Positions 39,055 through 52,525 of a stretch of DNA of 64,000 nucleotides are shown in pieces; position 1 is the stretch's first letter; every line of letters starts with the position of its first letter. The notes below the pieces were generated by a model. It saw only the letters and a list, made by a program, of their open reading frames with translations. It did no database searches and was not told where the DNA came from. The stretch is taken from contig JANJGN010000017.1 of the NCBI GenBank assembly GCA_026770705.1, positions 110,050,001-110,114,000 of the forward strand, given 5' to 3'. The translations under genes and the position numbers were made by a program. This DNA is from Isurus oxyrinchus. Lineage: Eukaryota.

Positions 39055-40786
39055 CCACTTTGTAGACTCATTGGTGTTACATTTAATAATGAATACAAAA
39101 TAGAATATTAAATACAAAATATTACACATGATTAATCAATACTGTTTGTAAAATTAGCAAGACCAAAGGGATGCAGATGTATAGGTCAACTGACCTTAAA
39201 CAACACAAACTACAACTCTCACTATTAGACCTTTTCCACAGTTAAGCTAATTTAACTGTTAATTTCCATTCAATGCCCTTTAGCTTGTTTGATAAATGTG
39301 TAAGTACAGTATATGAATTATACATTTATGAACTCATTACAAAGCCTACAAGAGACAACACAAATCTTAGTGGCTTACACTTCGTCAGCCTTATGTAGTG
39401 TGCAGTATATACTGATAAAAGCTTCACAAGCATTTTACTATTCTATGGCTTTGAATGATATTCATCACTCTTGTATACATGGCATGCACTTAAGAGAGTA
39501 ACAATACACTCCCACCTGGTTATCTATGGCAATGTCTGCTGCACAAGTTGTGAATGCTGCAAGTTGTCTGCAACAGTACTTGGAACACAACTTCCATATT
39601 ATTGGTGCAAACACCATGCAATTCATTTGTAATAGTGTGGCGTCGCTTTGAGTGCAGTGTGCTATTTCTAGGATAACTAGATTATTTATCTTGCTGCTTA
39701 AAATATAGCAGACATTGTATTGCAATGAGTTAAAAGTTGGGCAGTTGAAAATTAAAGAAATTGATGTATTGTATTGGTGTAGAATTGCAGGCTCATTTTC
39801 AGTATACACAAGGAAGTTTTGATGCTGCATGTATTCTGGTGCAATGCAATGAATAGAACTGATAATTGAGTAAATAAAGGTTTAAGGGTGTTATTGTTCT
39901 CTTATTAAAATGAAAAATAATCCTAACACACAAGATTTTAGATTTGTAATATTGTAGCAAGAAATTAATAAGAACAAGCAAACCACTTTTAACTGCAATA
40001 CTTTTTGCATTGGATCATCATCAGGTATGTCACTGGGATTTAAAGGTGAACTACATTTTGATCGTGAAATTAGCTGAGCTGGGGCTGCCAAGACTCTCAA
40101 CCAACCGCCAATTTTAATTGTCCACCATAAACTAACAATAGTGATGGTAAACAGCAAAATGAGCTTTGTGTTGGGAGAGGGGCCAGGAATTTGACTAGAA
40201 TAGTTGGCAGTTTTGGAGTTTGGGTGGCTCTAGTAAACTTCTAGATTGTTGGTTAACTGTTAGTTTTCTGGTTTGATTAGTATTTGTGAACACTTCTATA
40301 AAATTTGCCCAACTGGTTAGCTGGTAATCCAATAATTTACTAGTATCTTTCCAGGCTTTCACACATTTTATGTCATTTATAATATATATAGAAGATTGTG
40401 CATATGAATCCAAACTTTCTCAAACGTTTTAGAAATTAATGTAAAATAACGTGAAGAAGAGCTAGCAGGGGAGGACTGTCCTTCACTATAGGAGATTGCT
40501 GCAAGACTTCCTTAGAATTGGGGTTAAATTGTCTCTGTGCTACTTTGAAGTGCAAAATTCTTGGCGTAGGTTAAATGCCATACAACATTGGAACTGATCT
40601 GATGTACAATAATAGATAGGTCCTGCCCAGCATGGCGGTGGATATGTTATTTGAAATGGGAAAAGCTGTTCCTCAAGTATTTGTTGAGATGTTTACTCTC
40701 TGTAATTTCTGAACAGAACCTAGCATTGCTGCTGATTTACTCAGAGTCCAGGACTTCCACTGAATTCTGTTTGCTTTGGTGGAACA

Positions 40787-40990
40787 TTTTTTTAAAATTT
40801 ATTCTTTATGGGATGTGTGTGTTGTTGGCAAGACCAGTATTTGTTGTCCACCTCTAATTGTCCTTGAACTGAATGGCTTGTTCGGCCATTTCAGAGGGCA
40901 GTTAAGAGTCAACCACACTGTTGTAGGCCTAGAGCCACATGTAGTCCAGACCAGGCAAGGAAGGCAGATTTCCACCCCTAAAGGGCATTA
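40787..40990 (-). mobile_element. SINE 3' fragment
   Basis: ggccatttcagagggcagttaagagtcaaccacactgttg...ggcagatttcc. Confidence 0.65.
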
Positions 40991-41129
40991 GAAGATAAAG
41001 CACCAACACAGTCTGGTGGTGCTGAATAGCTTTTTCCCATGGTGTAACATCTATGTACTTCTATTTAAAGTCCTTTTATCTGTGGTAATGTACATCTTAT
41101 CATGTAATGTGTATTGCAACCATTTTCAA

Positions 41130-41373
41130 CATTTTCTCTCAAAGGGTTCTGTGACTTTGGAATCCTCTGTCTCAGAAGGTGATGGAGGCAGGGTCATTGG
41201 ATATTTTTAAGGCAGAGATAGATAGATGGATTCTTGTTAGGCAAGGGCATCAAAGATTATCAGGGTTGGATGGGAAGGTGGAAATCATGAAAATCTGCCA
41301 TGATCTTATTGATAGCGGAGCAGGCTCGAGGGGCCGAATGGTCTACTGTTCTTATTTCTTATGTTCTTATGTT
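41130..41373 (+). mobile_element. CR1 3' end
   Basis: ...gcaggctcgaggggccgaatggtctactgttcttatttcttatgttcttatg tail. Confidence 0.7.
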
Positions 41374-42837
41374 ACATTTAATAATATCCATCATTGTACA
41401 ATTACCAGGATATTGGATTATGTTGATGGTGGTGTTCAAGTATTCTTACAAAAGGCTGCAACTTTTCTATTTTTAGTTTTTAAGTGGTGTGTAACCAAAC
41501 AGGGTCCACTCCTCCCATCATGAGCCTTCATAATGCTGCTCAAACAACAACTGGTGTGGTCATATTGAAAGATGCATTTAACACTGAGCTTTGCATGAAA
41601 TGTTATTTTGAATAGTGGATTATTCTGAATCTACACAATGTGTGATGGAGCTGTTGGATGCAGAACTGCATCTCCATTTGCCATGTGGTGATGTTGGGGG
41701 TGGGGAGGGGGTAGACTGCCAAGCACAGATCATGGAGAGACAAAAAGTTGGCAGGCAAAACTTCTCAAGCAGCTCTATTGCATTCACTTGGACTGGCTGC
41801 CTGGTGGAGAATATACATGGTACAACTGAGGAGCACGAAAAGGAAAGAAGTACATGGATTTGAAGACCTTTTAGACGTTACAACTTCACAGAGGCTTGGG
41901 AGAAGATCACCATGTTGGTTCAGGGATGAAGAATGCAGCAGTAAAAGTTGACAAGGATTTAAAGTTTGGAGTATGGGCGAGAGACAAGATATGAAGAAAA
42001 GAATTGGTGAATTCTTTGTGGATTCATCCTAATTGTTTTTGCTGTGATGTCAGTCCAATATTGTTGATGGTGTTTCAACAAATTAATAAAACAATGCAAA
42101 CCTCAGTGTTAGTGAATTTACACAATTAGTTTTCTTTAAAATTTTGTAGCATATTTTACCTTGATATAGGGTGAAGTAAATGTTAAACACATAGAAGAAG
42201 TAGTGGAACACTTCAACAGGCAATAGTCCAAAACACACACTTAAGATCAGACCTTGGTGTGATCCACAATCTCATGACTTTCTCAATTGTAGAACATTTT
42301 CCAAAATAACCCTAAATTGAATTTAATTTCTTATTCACAGGAGAATTTGCTCCGCTAAGTTTTCGAGATTTGGGTATGCACAGGCTCCCTGCCGGTAACT
42401 ATAAGCTGGCAGGTCGAAAAACATTACAGCTTTATAGTAGAGAGAAAATAAAGAGCTGCCAGTGTTACAGATTGAAATGCAGGCCAGTAAACAACTGAAA
42501 GAGACATGGTAATGCTTCACGTGCAGACCCTTCAATACTGTCAGAGTTTCACCTGAAACATGCATTTGGCTTTTCCCAGTTCAAATGTTAACTGACCTGC
42601 TGAATATTTCTAACATTTCATGCTATTATTTTAACACTTTTAGTGTGCCCCAGTAATTAAAAGCAGTTTTCTGCTCCCGCCCTCCCAAGTTAGGTGTCCA
42701 TTCATGCTTTTGCCTTATGTTTATGATTCATATTGCTTTCCACAGACACAGCTCAAGTGTGGAAGGGCACAATGTTGAGTTGTACTGCTGGACATTTTTC
42801 TCAGTTCAAGTGAGCATTGTATGAAATTTTCACTTAC

Positions 42838-42843
42838 TTTATT
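42838..42843 (-). terminator. Candidate DKK4 polyadenylation signal
   Basis: tttatt on + (AATAAA on -) about 340 nt downstream of the DKK4 stop. Confidence 0.45.
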
Positions 42844-43180
42844 GAAATACTACATTGGGTTGTTCTGCCCTAAACCTGTGTTCTGTTACTTATCCTTGAG
42901 ACTGGGACACCACCTTTGTCCATCAAATACTTTTTCATCTATTGATAAAATTTGACCTAATCAGCTAACGTTTCTTCCACCATACAAGCCATGCTGCACT
43001 TCAAGTGCTTCACCTCACAGAGATCATTTTAATACTTTTTGTGTCCATTTTGATGCATGGGTTCCATATTTTCTGCTTTTTAAAAATATTTAAATTTACT
43101 TTAACTGGTGCAAGAGCCAATCCTGGTAATTTGTCATGTCATTGCACGAAGAGTTCGGGCTGGGGTCTCTCTCTCTCTCA

Positions 43181-43434
43181 CTAGACATGTTGGCAGACCC
43201 GTAGTCTGGAGTTGCGTTGTGATGTGCCTTGGTTTTGATTATGGCAGGCTAATCCTGGGCCACAGTCGCACCGTTGGAAGATCTCTGGCCCCTGTGGGCC
43301 CTCCTTGCGACCTCGTTTCGAGCAAACCTGCCCCTCTTTCAGTACAGGCCGACAAATCTTCGACCAGAAGTGACGAGCACAGCACAATCCAGCAGAACAG
43401 TCTGATGTTCGCAGGCACGTCTCTCCTTCCAACC
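43181..43434 (-). CDS. DKK4: Dickkopf (DKK4-like) last exon, cysteine-rich domain 2 (colipase fold)
   Basis: ttgcag|[39 protein letters not shown]...[15 protein letters not shown]...RLRVCQHV and stop. 10 Cys. The [13 protein letters not shown] and RLRVCQ motifs are DKK4-type. Confidence 0.95.
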
Positions 43435-46099
43435 CTGCAACATATAGAGAGTATTTCTTATCAGTATATGCCAACTAAAAGAAAACACTTCTTTGTCAGC
43501 TGGTATAGTACATACTGAGCAGGACAAAAGAAAGAAAGAATCTCCCCTTCCACCTACCCCTATATTATATAGTTCAAGTCTCAATCAATGTCAGCTATAT
43601 GGGTACAGTACACCAACAGAATAAAGGAATAATTCATTTGGAAATGGTATTTTATAGTTTGTGTGTGTCAACTCCTGTATATGTAAAGTACACACCAAGT
43701 GAAAGAGAGCAATTCACTGCTGACCCATTTGTACAAGTTATATGTCTTCCAGTGTTAGCTACTCTATGTTTATAGTACTCCCCCTGAAGAGGAATCTTCT
43801 TGTGTTTGCTCAATGAGCTTTTTCTCTGAACCTGCATCCAGCCACCCAAAGTTGTCTCTCATACTGAAGTTTATTTTGTTATTTTATTTAGAATCATGCA
43901 CATGTCAAAATATCTTCAAATCTTCCCAAATGATACTCCAATAGTTTGTGGTTCCTGTTAACTTATTCGAAGTTAATTTCACTTACATTTCATCCGACAG
44001 ACATGTATTTTTCTGTAGCTTTAGACCGTGAATTTCTAGTATTCAGAAAGAACTTGCATTTATGTAGCTCTGTTTTTATAAAAGAGCTTTTAAGTCCTGC
44101 TTTATATATACATATTTGTCAAACTTGAGTGTGTATATGCTTCATGATTTTGATGTAAAGCAGTCACTTGGAAGTGAAACTCATTTTAGTTTGTTAATGT
44201 ATCTCATAAGCAAACCTTCATTAATTTAATTGGTTTACAATTGTTCTCATTGTCGTATAGATTTCCCATGTTAACACCTGTAATTGGCATTTTCAGCCTG
44301 TCCTACTGTTTATTCTAGTGAGATTGGAAATAAATACTTCAAGAATGTGCTAGCAATGTCCAGGAGAGGAAACCTTCACAAATGCATTGACAACACTGCG
44401 GACGAAATCATATCATATATGATTAGGTCATCCTAAAACTGTCCAAGAATTGGTTTATGAGATGTCCTTGCAACACATTACAGCAAGGTAAATAGTCTGA
44501 GAGTGATTCTATAGTAAAAATGAAGACTCCATGATTAAATATTCATTGCAGGATGCAAAGGTAAGAACTTTGTAATCATATCTCTCTGATGATTTTTGTA
44601 TTTTGTACTGCTTACATAGCAGCAATGTGTTTAACCTTAAATGTGGGCATAGTGCTAGATAGCACTCATGCAACATTGATTTATGTCAGTAGATTCAGAG
44701 GAGTAGATACGAGGGTAAAGTTCCAGTAACATGAGGTCAATTCTATTTTAGCAGAGTTGCATGAATATTTAATTAAGGACACAACTGGTGGTCATATGGA
44801 TGAGCAAAGTTAGTGGACTTAAAACGCTCTGGACACACCAGTTTGGATGGCGTTGGAGCTACACAAAAATATCAGCTGTTGGATAGAAATAGAAATTGGA
44901 ACATTAGTCCTGGAGATTCCAAGATTACCTCAAGGGCTTGGGAGAAATCTTGGAATGTTTTTATTCCAACCTTTCAAGAGATGAAATAAGTTGGTTGTTT
45001 TCATATCTACACAGTCACCTCTTGAATGGATGGATTCATTGGCTGATTAGCAATCTGACAGATCTCAACCATTGTAACCATCCTTTATGACAAGAGGGTT
45101 TTTAATGGACTCCCATCACCCACACAGGGGTACTCACACCCATCAGGCACAAGTATTCCATAGGTTATTGACCTAGAACTCAGAGCCATAGCTCCAACCC
45201 CCAATAAGCGGGACTGTCTGATATGGAGTGTGAACCTTACACCTTCTGACGCACAAATGTGAATGCCCCCACAAAGACAAAGTCCTAACGAGTTGGTAGA
45301 AGTCAGCAACAGTGACACTTTACAGAGACGGTAATGAGGATTTGTTTCAATAACATGAAAGTCTTTGTTTCTTGTTCCATATTTACTTGTGTTATTCTTT
45401 ATAGAGTTGTACTGTTGTAAGAGATCGTATAGAAAATGTAAGATTTCTTGTTTTTTTAGAAAATATTGTTGGTGACCAAGTGTGTCTTTTTCCCATCTTA
45501 TTGTTTGATTTTGAACAATTTCTATTTGTTAACAAAGGGAAAGGTGGTTTGGACTAGTTTGATTGCCCATGGAGGTGGGAGAGAATTTTTCCAGATTCTT
45601 TTACCATGTATTTGGGCTCGATACTACTCCATTCCTTCAGAATTCTCCATTAACCCTATTGCTTTGACCAAGCTTTGGTCATCTGTCCTAATATCTCCTC
45701 CTCTGACTCAAATTTTGTCTGATAATATCATGCTTAGTACCTTGGGATGTCTTACATTGTTAAGGGTGCTATATAAATACAAATTATTGTTGGCAGGTGT
45801 GTACAAAGTAACTGTATCCAGCAGGCAATATATTGTGAACCATTACTTATCCTATTTTGGTTGATGTTATTATTTAGTAGTCTCTGTGCAACATTTCAGC
45901 AAAACCCAACAGTCCACAGAAAATATCTCAACAATATCTCAATCATTTGTGACCATGCTTGATCTACAAATTAGAGTATTACATTTTCAAGAGTCTTACA
46001 TATCATCACTCTATTGAGAGTATTTCAGAGATATGAAACTTAATAGCTTCATGGTCATTGAAATTGGCTTTCACACCCTTTAAAAAATTGTTTTAATGG

Positions 46100-46570
46100 G
46101 AATCATAGAACAGTTATGACACAGAAGGAGGAAATTCAGCCCATTGTTTTCATGCTGGTCACAAAGAGCGCCCCAGCTTAATCCCACCTTCCTGCACTGG
46201 GTCTTTCGCTCTCCAGGACATGGCTCTTCAAGTAGACATCCAAATACTTTTTAAATGTGGTGAGAGCTTCTGCCTCCACCACACTTTCGAGCAGTGAGCT
46301 TCAGGGCCCTACAGCCCTCTAGGTGAAAAAATATTCTTCATCTCCCCTCTAACTCCTTCCACCACGTATTTTTAATCTATGCCCCCTGGTTATTGACCTC
46401 TCTGCTAAGTGAAATAGGCCCTTCCTTTCTACTCTGTCTTGGCCCTTTATAACTTTATATACCTCATTTCAATCTCCCCTCAGCTCCCTCTGTTTCAAAG
46501 TAAACAACCCCAGTCTATCCAATCCTTTCCCAGGCTGTGGTCTAACTAGTGTTCTATACAGTTAAAATCT
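46100..46570 (-). mobile_element. CR1 3' fragment
   Basis: gaatcatagaacagttatgacacagaaggagg...aatctcccctcagctccctctgtttcaaag. Confidence 0.65.
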
Positions 46571-48496
46571 CCCTGCTCTTGTATTCTGTGATTTGTTCCA
46601 GCCAAGAATAAATACATTGCCAAATACTAACCATTGGAGTAATTATATTTTATAATTAGTCAGCCAACCATACCAGATTGAACCCCAATAAACTTTGTCA
46701 CAGAGCAATGATACAACTGGGGCTTTTTATAAAAAAGCTTTTCCAACCTCTCTGATTGTGGAAATTAACCAACTTTTGTTCACCTTATAGTTATAAACAA
46801 TTTGGGTCTAAACCATTCAGAACTCTGGAAAAAATCACAGATTCTGCTGTGTTGAGTTAGTTGATTTCCACTTAGATGGAAACAGAGGCACTACAATTAG
46901 TCCAAATGCTTGTGCACAGGCGAGTGGCAAAATTAAGGTTCTCAATGGTGATCACGATCCAGTATTCAGCATGGAGTGAGAACAGGATCAGACTCAGCTG
47001 TGGAGTCTCCTGCAGGGCAACACTCTGCTGACATTCCAATATAACAAATGAGCACATGGATGAATACCAGACGGCAACTGTTGCTCATGAAACAGTACCT
47101 CAGCAAAAGACAGTGGAGTAGAGTTTCCACAGGCTCTTCTGAACTCCTGCTGTAACTTGAGCAGAAGATCAGAAGAAATCCCAGAGAAATGGCATATGAC
47201 AGGAGATTAGGAATCTCCCTCCTCCAGAAATTCTGCCGTGTCTTCAGGAGACAAAAGAAGAAAATTGGTCATGGCAGAGAGAGGACAGTAAAGTTTTCTT
47301 TTAGAGAAAAAACATACCTCATTCAGCCAAACAGAAACATTCCTATTTCTGGTTAAATGAAGAAGGTGTTGGTCAGGTGTAGTATTGATTGCATACCTGA
47401 GGCATGATTTTTTCGACCCAATATCTATACAATCAATAATGAGACCTGGGGCTTAAGCTTGACACTGTACTGCGGTTTACTGAAAAGTATCATGTGACAC
47501 CACCTGATTGCCCTCTTAACTAGATGTGAGTCTTGGGCCATAAACCAGGCGACAGATAAATGGACACTGCTCAATTCAACATTGTGCATTCACAGTAATT
47601 TACCCTTCTTGATTTGTGAAGTCCAAAGGTGCATCCCAAGCTATCTTTCAATGTAACTAATTCCCTGAAAATGGTTGCTAACTCCTTGAATGCCCAAAGG
47701 TTACCATGGAATTGGATTATTCTGGACCACTTGCTACCTGACAACTGGTTCAAGCACCTAGAGCTAAACTCCAAGTCAGAGGCTACTGACCACCAAGATG
47801 TGAGGCAATCCTTGACTTTGTCCCTGCTCACAGACCTCAGAAGTTGCTGTCAATCAGCTTCACCGCCCCCGGCTGGCTTGCTTCTTTAATATATTTTAAG
47901 TTCCTTTGAAAACGTGTTGGAACAAAAGTCATGAACAAACTGCAGGACTTTTAATTACATGGATCAGCAGCCATTTCATCGTATCAAAGACTAACAATGT
48001 TTATTGAATCCCTGTGGCCCAGAGGCTTCAAAATAAAAAGCTTGGCTATTTAAATAGCTAACATTAACCAAAAGGGGTCAAAACTCCAGTACGCATTCAC
48101 TGAATTTCAAGTTCCTTAACTGAACTTCTGTACTTTGGAGAAACAATCAACAGAATTCAACATTTACCTCATCTGTACTATGCTCAACTGTTTAAAAATG
48201 CTGATAAAGTAATTTACAAAAATCCTTTATTTTTGACAAAACTTTTGTGTGTATGATCAAAAACTAAGCAAAAACTTGTACCATCTGCTGTTAGATTGTG
48301 AAATGACCGTCAACCTATTTATTCTCTTCCAATTTGGTAAGGGAAAGGAAATAAAACAGTAATGTAAATAAGTGAGAGGGTAATCTGCACCTCACACTGA
48401 CTGACCTTTGTCGTAAAACAAACCAAATTTATGATGACTGTTGGAATTGAAAGAAAATGCACCAGGTTGTTGACTGTCCATAAATGTATGAGGAGG

Positions 48497-48801
48497 AACA
48501 AAAACAGAATTACCTGGAAAAACTCAGCAGGTCTGGCAGCATCGGCGGAGAAGAAAAGAGTTGACGTTTCGAGTCCTCATGACCCTTCGACAGAACTTGA
48601 TTTCGAGTCCAAGAAAGAGTTGAAATATAAGCTATTTCAACTCTTTCTTGGACTCGAAATCAAGTTCTGTCGAAGGGTCATGAGGACTCGAAACGTCAAC
48701 TCTTTTCTTCTCCGCCGATGCTGCCAGACCTGCTGAGTTTTTCCAGGTAATTCTGTTTTTGTTTTGGATTTCCAGCATCCGCAGTTTTCTTTGTTTTTAT
48801 C
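48497..48801. mobile_element. Penelope-like (PLE) pLTR-derived fold-back insertion, young
   Basis: Perfect 131-bp inverted arms (48497-48627 / 48633-48763, loop taagc) plus a 38-nt unpaired tail. Perfect 14-bp TSD aatgtatgaggagg (48483-48496, 48802-48815). Confidence 0.8.
48663..48701 (+). ncRNA. Minimal type I hammerhead-ribozyme-like motif with variant core (mirror copy on - at 48559-48597)
   Basis: AGTT-CTGTCGA-A-GGGTC(ATGAG)GACTC-GAAA-C-GTC-AACT. Stem I AGUU/AACU, 5-bp stem II, palindromic ACGU stem III, GUC cleavage triplet; core has U at A6. Confidence 0.6.
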
Positions 48802-50585
48802 AATGTATGAGGAGGTCCTGCCACTAAGCTTTGCAGGCTTGTTCGCACAGTGTTTGGTCTGATTGCCTTGTGGAGGGCAATGACTCCGCAGTGCATTGAT
48901 GGTTACATTCCAAGCCCTACAGTTTAACATGTGGTGAAACATTCAGAAGATTCACCTCATCCCAAAAGCAAACTCTCCACATACTTAATTATAAACTTCT
49001 GGAATTAATTCACAAGATGTATTTATAAAGTTGTGGTTTGTAGAGCTGTATTCTCTCCACAAGATGCTGGAGAAGTGCTTTGTTTCTGCATTAAAACTAT
49101 TTATGAGGTGAAGAGGGGTAGGAGAATAGCTATGCTGTTACGTTTATCTCATGTAATTGTTAAGCTAATTTCTAGTTTTTAAATTTGGTTATTTTTGAAA
49201 GTTTCATGAGATCCCCTCCTGAAGGTGGTGCCTGTTGTTAGTGTACAGTCACACTGCTTCAACAGCCCACCAGTTTCTCATTCAAGTGGTCGGTTACTCT
49301 TCATATGTAAGCCCAGAGAGTAAGTGTGGATAGGCTGTTGAATTACATCAAAGTAAAGACAATCCTGTCCACTGCTGACATTCCTCCCGCCACAACTTGT
49401 CACTTTGAGCAGGATTTTCTGGCTGCAATATCTCATTAAACTGTTCAAAAAAGTAATGCAAAGAATAAACACTTCTGTTCAGCTCATCATGTAGACAACT
49501 TTGCAAAAAATATAAATAAAAGGCAAGAATTAGTCTCCACCATTCCCTGCTTTTTGATGACGCTTCTACCAGTTTCCATCCACCTTGCTCAACATCTTTG
49601 TCATAGATACCCATCTCAGACATGGACAGTGACTATTGCTCTAAGGAGATGGCCTGCCCCACCTTCAGCTTGTCTAGCAAGAACTTAACCATCATTAACT
49701 TCCTTGCCTCAAAGGAGAAAGGCCATGCTGACAGGTTTTTATTGATGCTTTTCTGGCACTGACCACTGAAGAATGGAAGAGGAGCCTGTATGAACTATTG
49801 TTGATTGCTGCCTTGTCACCGGAGATGCATCTCAGATCCATTTGCAAGGATAGGTAAATACTGTGTCACTGGGCCTCCCAGCTTGCGTTGTTCTCCAGAA
49901 CTAGATCATCTATTCCCAACACAGCCTGTACTACTTCCAGGTACATACTCTTCCTCCTCTGCTTCATTCAGTCTAGCGAAATCATAAACGAACACTTTGC
50001 AATTTTGTTACATCTAAAGAATATATGAAATTTCCTTCCCATCCTCAACCCCCACTTTTCCATTTTTGCTCTCAAGCATCTACTTTTCCATTCCTTAAAC
50101 AGCCTTTCCTGGTTCCAGATATCTGCCTTGTCCTCTGCCCTTACCCAAAGTACTGGCTGACCCTTCCCAACATGTTTTGAGATACCCACTCCCGTGCTAA
50201 CAAAACAGTTTTATCCGGTTTTAACTATCTTCTCTGGTGAGGTCCACAGATACTTTGCAATGTTTTTCACTGCAGGTAGTGATGCTGACTGTAAGGCATC
50301 AAACATAGTACTGCCTGGCCAGTGAGCTATTAAACTGTGACATGTAAAACACAATAAGTCAATTACGTTTTCTTGGCACCAATAATTGCTACAGGATTGA
50401 AACCAAATTATGCCTTTAGCAATGAAGGAGAAAATGAATATTGGATTTCCATAGCTATAAAAATAAATTGTTTGAACTTCATCCAAGTCAGATGGTAAGT
50501 AATAAAAAGCTCATTGCCATTAAATACTGTAATTACAGACTACCATAGGGAGAGCAGTTAGTGTGATTGTTGAGATACAATTCAG

Positions 50586-50997
50586 GTGTCAGCCTCAGCT
50601 TTGCCTCTGTGTCAGAAGGTTGTGAGTTTAAAGTCCACTCTAAAGACTTGAGTACATAATCTAGGCTGACACTTTAGTGATGTACTGAGGGCATGCTGAA
50701 TTGTTGGAGGTACTGTCTTTTGGAAGAGGAATTAAACCGAAACCTAGTCTGTCCTCACAGATAGATATGCAAGATCCTGTAGCACTATTTAAAGAAGAGT
50801 AGGGGATAGCTCTCTCAGTGCCTCGGCAACATTTAGCTACTACCAACTTGACTAAATCAAATTTTCTGATCATTTAGTTCATTGTTGTTTGTGGGGACCT
50901 TGCTGTACACGACTTTTTTGCCACTTTTCCCTACATTGCAACAGTGACTACACCTCAAAAATACTTAATTGGCTGTAAAGCACTTTGAAGTGTCTTT
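50586..50997 (+). mobile_element. tRNA-derived Deu-domain-like SINE
   Basis: Head gtgtcagcc..gagtttaaagtcc; body gtactgaggg..ttggaggtactgtctttt..aagatcctgtagcactattt..aagagtagggg resembles the DeuSINE central domain. Confidence 0.65.
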
Positions 50998-51518
50998 CTT
51001 GGTAATATCCCTGGAGGGTTTGGAACAGTGCTTTGCAGCAGCATTTTACAAATTACTTCAATAACTTCTGCTGTTGTAAATTTCAAAACAGAAGCCATTT
51101 AGTCAAGATGAAGTGGACGGAGGGGGTACAGAGGGCAGGGGACAAGTATTCTGTTAGTCTCCGAAATTAGATTTAACATTGGTTGTTGGAGTCCTAGTTA
51201 AAGACCATTCATAAAAGTGATTTTAAGGATACAAACTGGGAATGGCAAAGGCCGATTGGCCAGCCAGTGCAGTTCCTTCCATGTTCCACGTGGAATCTGC
51301 TCTGATATATACCAACCAACCAACCATGTAATCCCTTGAGGAAAAATGCTACACAGATAAATTCCCTGATATCAAGTTCCAACTTTTAAAAGTTTGAAAA
51401 GGTTTTGTTTTTATGTCCAGTATTTGTTCATCAGTATATCGGTAGCAAAGTGACATTAACAGTTCATCAGCCAATAATGGTAATTCTGTCATGTCAAGAA
51501 GCCTCAACATAAAATGAT

Positions 51519-51739
51519 GATGAACCCAACCAAATGCTATTTTTTTTTTTTGCTTGAAGCTCCAAGAAGTAGAAATAAAATAGAAATAAAGTCAAGCAAG
51601 CCAAGAGAAATATTTCCATGCGCTTATCAAAAAACATTTTTGTTGGTAATGTAAGCAGGGGTTTGACGGAAATCAGGGCACGCTTCTCCTATTCATTGAT
51701 CTCGCCTCAGCTTTTTGGGAAGCTTTTTGCCTGCACACA
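51519..51739. repeat. Left arm of ~220-bp inverted repeat flanking DKK4 exon 3
   Basis: Reverse complement of 53175-53391; about 20 substitutions plus a poly-T length difference by manual alignment. Confidence 0.92.
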
Positions 51740-52366
51740 AATCCTACGTGACTGAAATAAATCCTTGCTGCAAAGGTCGAAAAGTGAAATGGAGAAAAAG
51801 ACTTGCAATGGACCAGCTTCTACAATTCTACCAGCACATAGAGCAATTGTGAATATAGTACAGTGTATAGCTTTCAGTAATAACTTGCAGTCCTATATGG
51901 AATTAGGTCTCAGATCAACCATGATCTCAATGAATGGCAGATCAGGCTGGAGGGGCTTAAATGCCTACTCCTATTCCAATGTTACAGTCAATTGCACAGC
52001 TGGGCTCTGAAAATGGAAGAGTGTGTGATTTAAAGTATTCCGTTAAAGGGCACCATCAATAATTTCTGGCACTGAACTCACATTTCTGTTTAACTCCCAT
52101 ATTTTATCACAATTTCACTCCAAGCAGTGAATGTTTATATCAAATTACTCATATTTTAATGGAGATAATCTGCTGATTTTGAGCAGGATTAAAGGACTCC
52201 CCAGTGTGGCCACTGATGTGTCCAGGTCTTTACTTTCCAGGAACTCCAATGTAACATAATCATTTAGCCTCAGGGTATTTCTCATGTTGAAGTGGAGTAA
52301 AAACCCAGGTAAAGCAGAAGTGGCATAAATCAAAAGTGGGCAGCTAGAGATGGTCGCATCTATTAC

Positions 52367-52525
52367 CTTTGCTCATTTGTGCTTTGTCGAGTTTTTCGTT
52401 TTGATTCTTCCGCCGAGTTTCCTTTATTTTTTGAGTCTTGGCCCTCTTGCTACCCTTTGTTTTCTGTGATTGTGTAGCCTCAGATGGCTTCTCCGCAGTC
52501 TGCTCTTCTGATCGTGTGCATACAT
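52367..52525 (-). CDS. DKK4: DKK4-like exon 3 (end of CRD1 plus basic linker)
   Basis: cttttag|AT GTA TGC (D-V-C, as in human DKK4 CVNDVC) ... ATG AGC AAA G|gtaata. 159 nt, phase 1-1; joins exons 2 and 4 in frame. Confidence 0.9.

Noticed and set aside
47210-47219. Isolated NF-kB consensus GGGAGATTCC in DKK4 intron 3
   Set aside because: A single degenerate 10-mer is expected by chance in 64 kb.
48431-48942. Repeated ORFs (KNRITWKNSAGLAASAEKKRVDV...) suggesting a small multicopy gene
   Set aside because: They are translations of the PLE palindrome and recur only because the repeat recurs.
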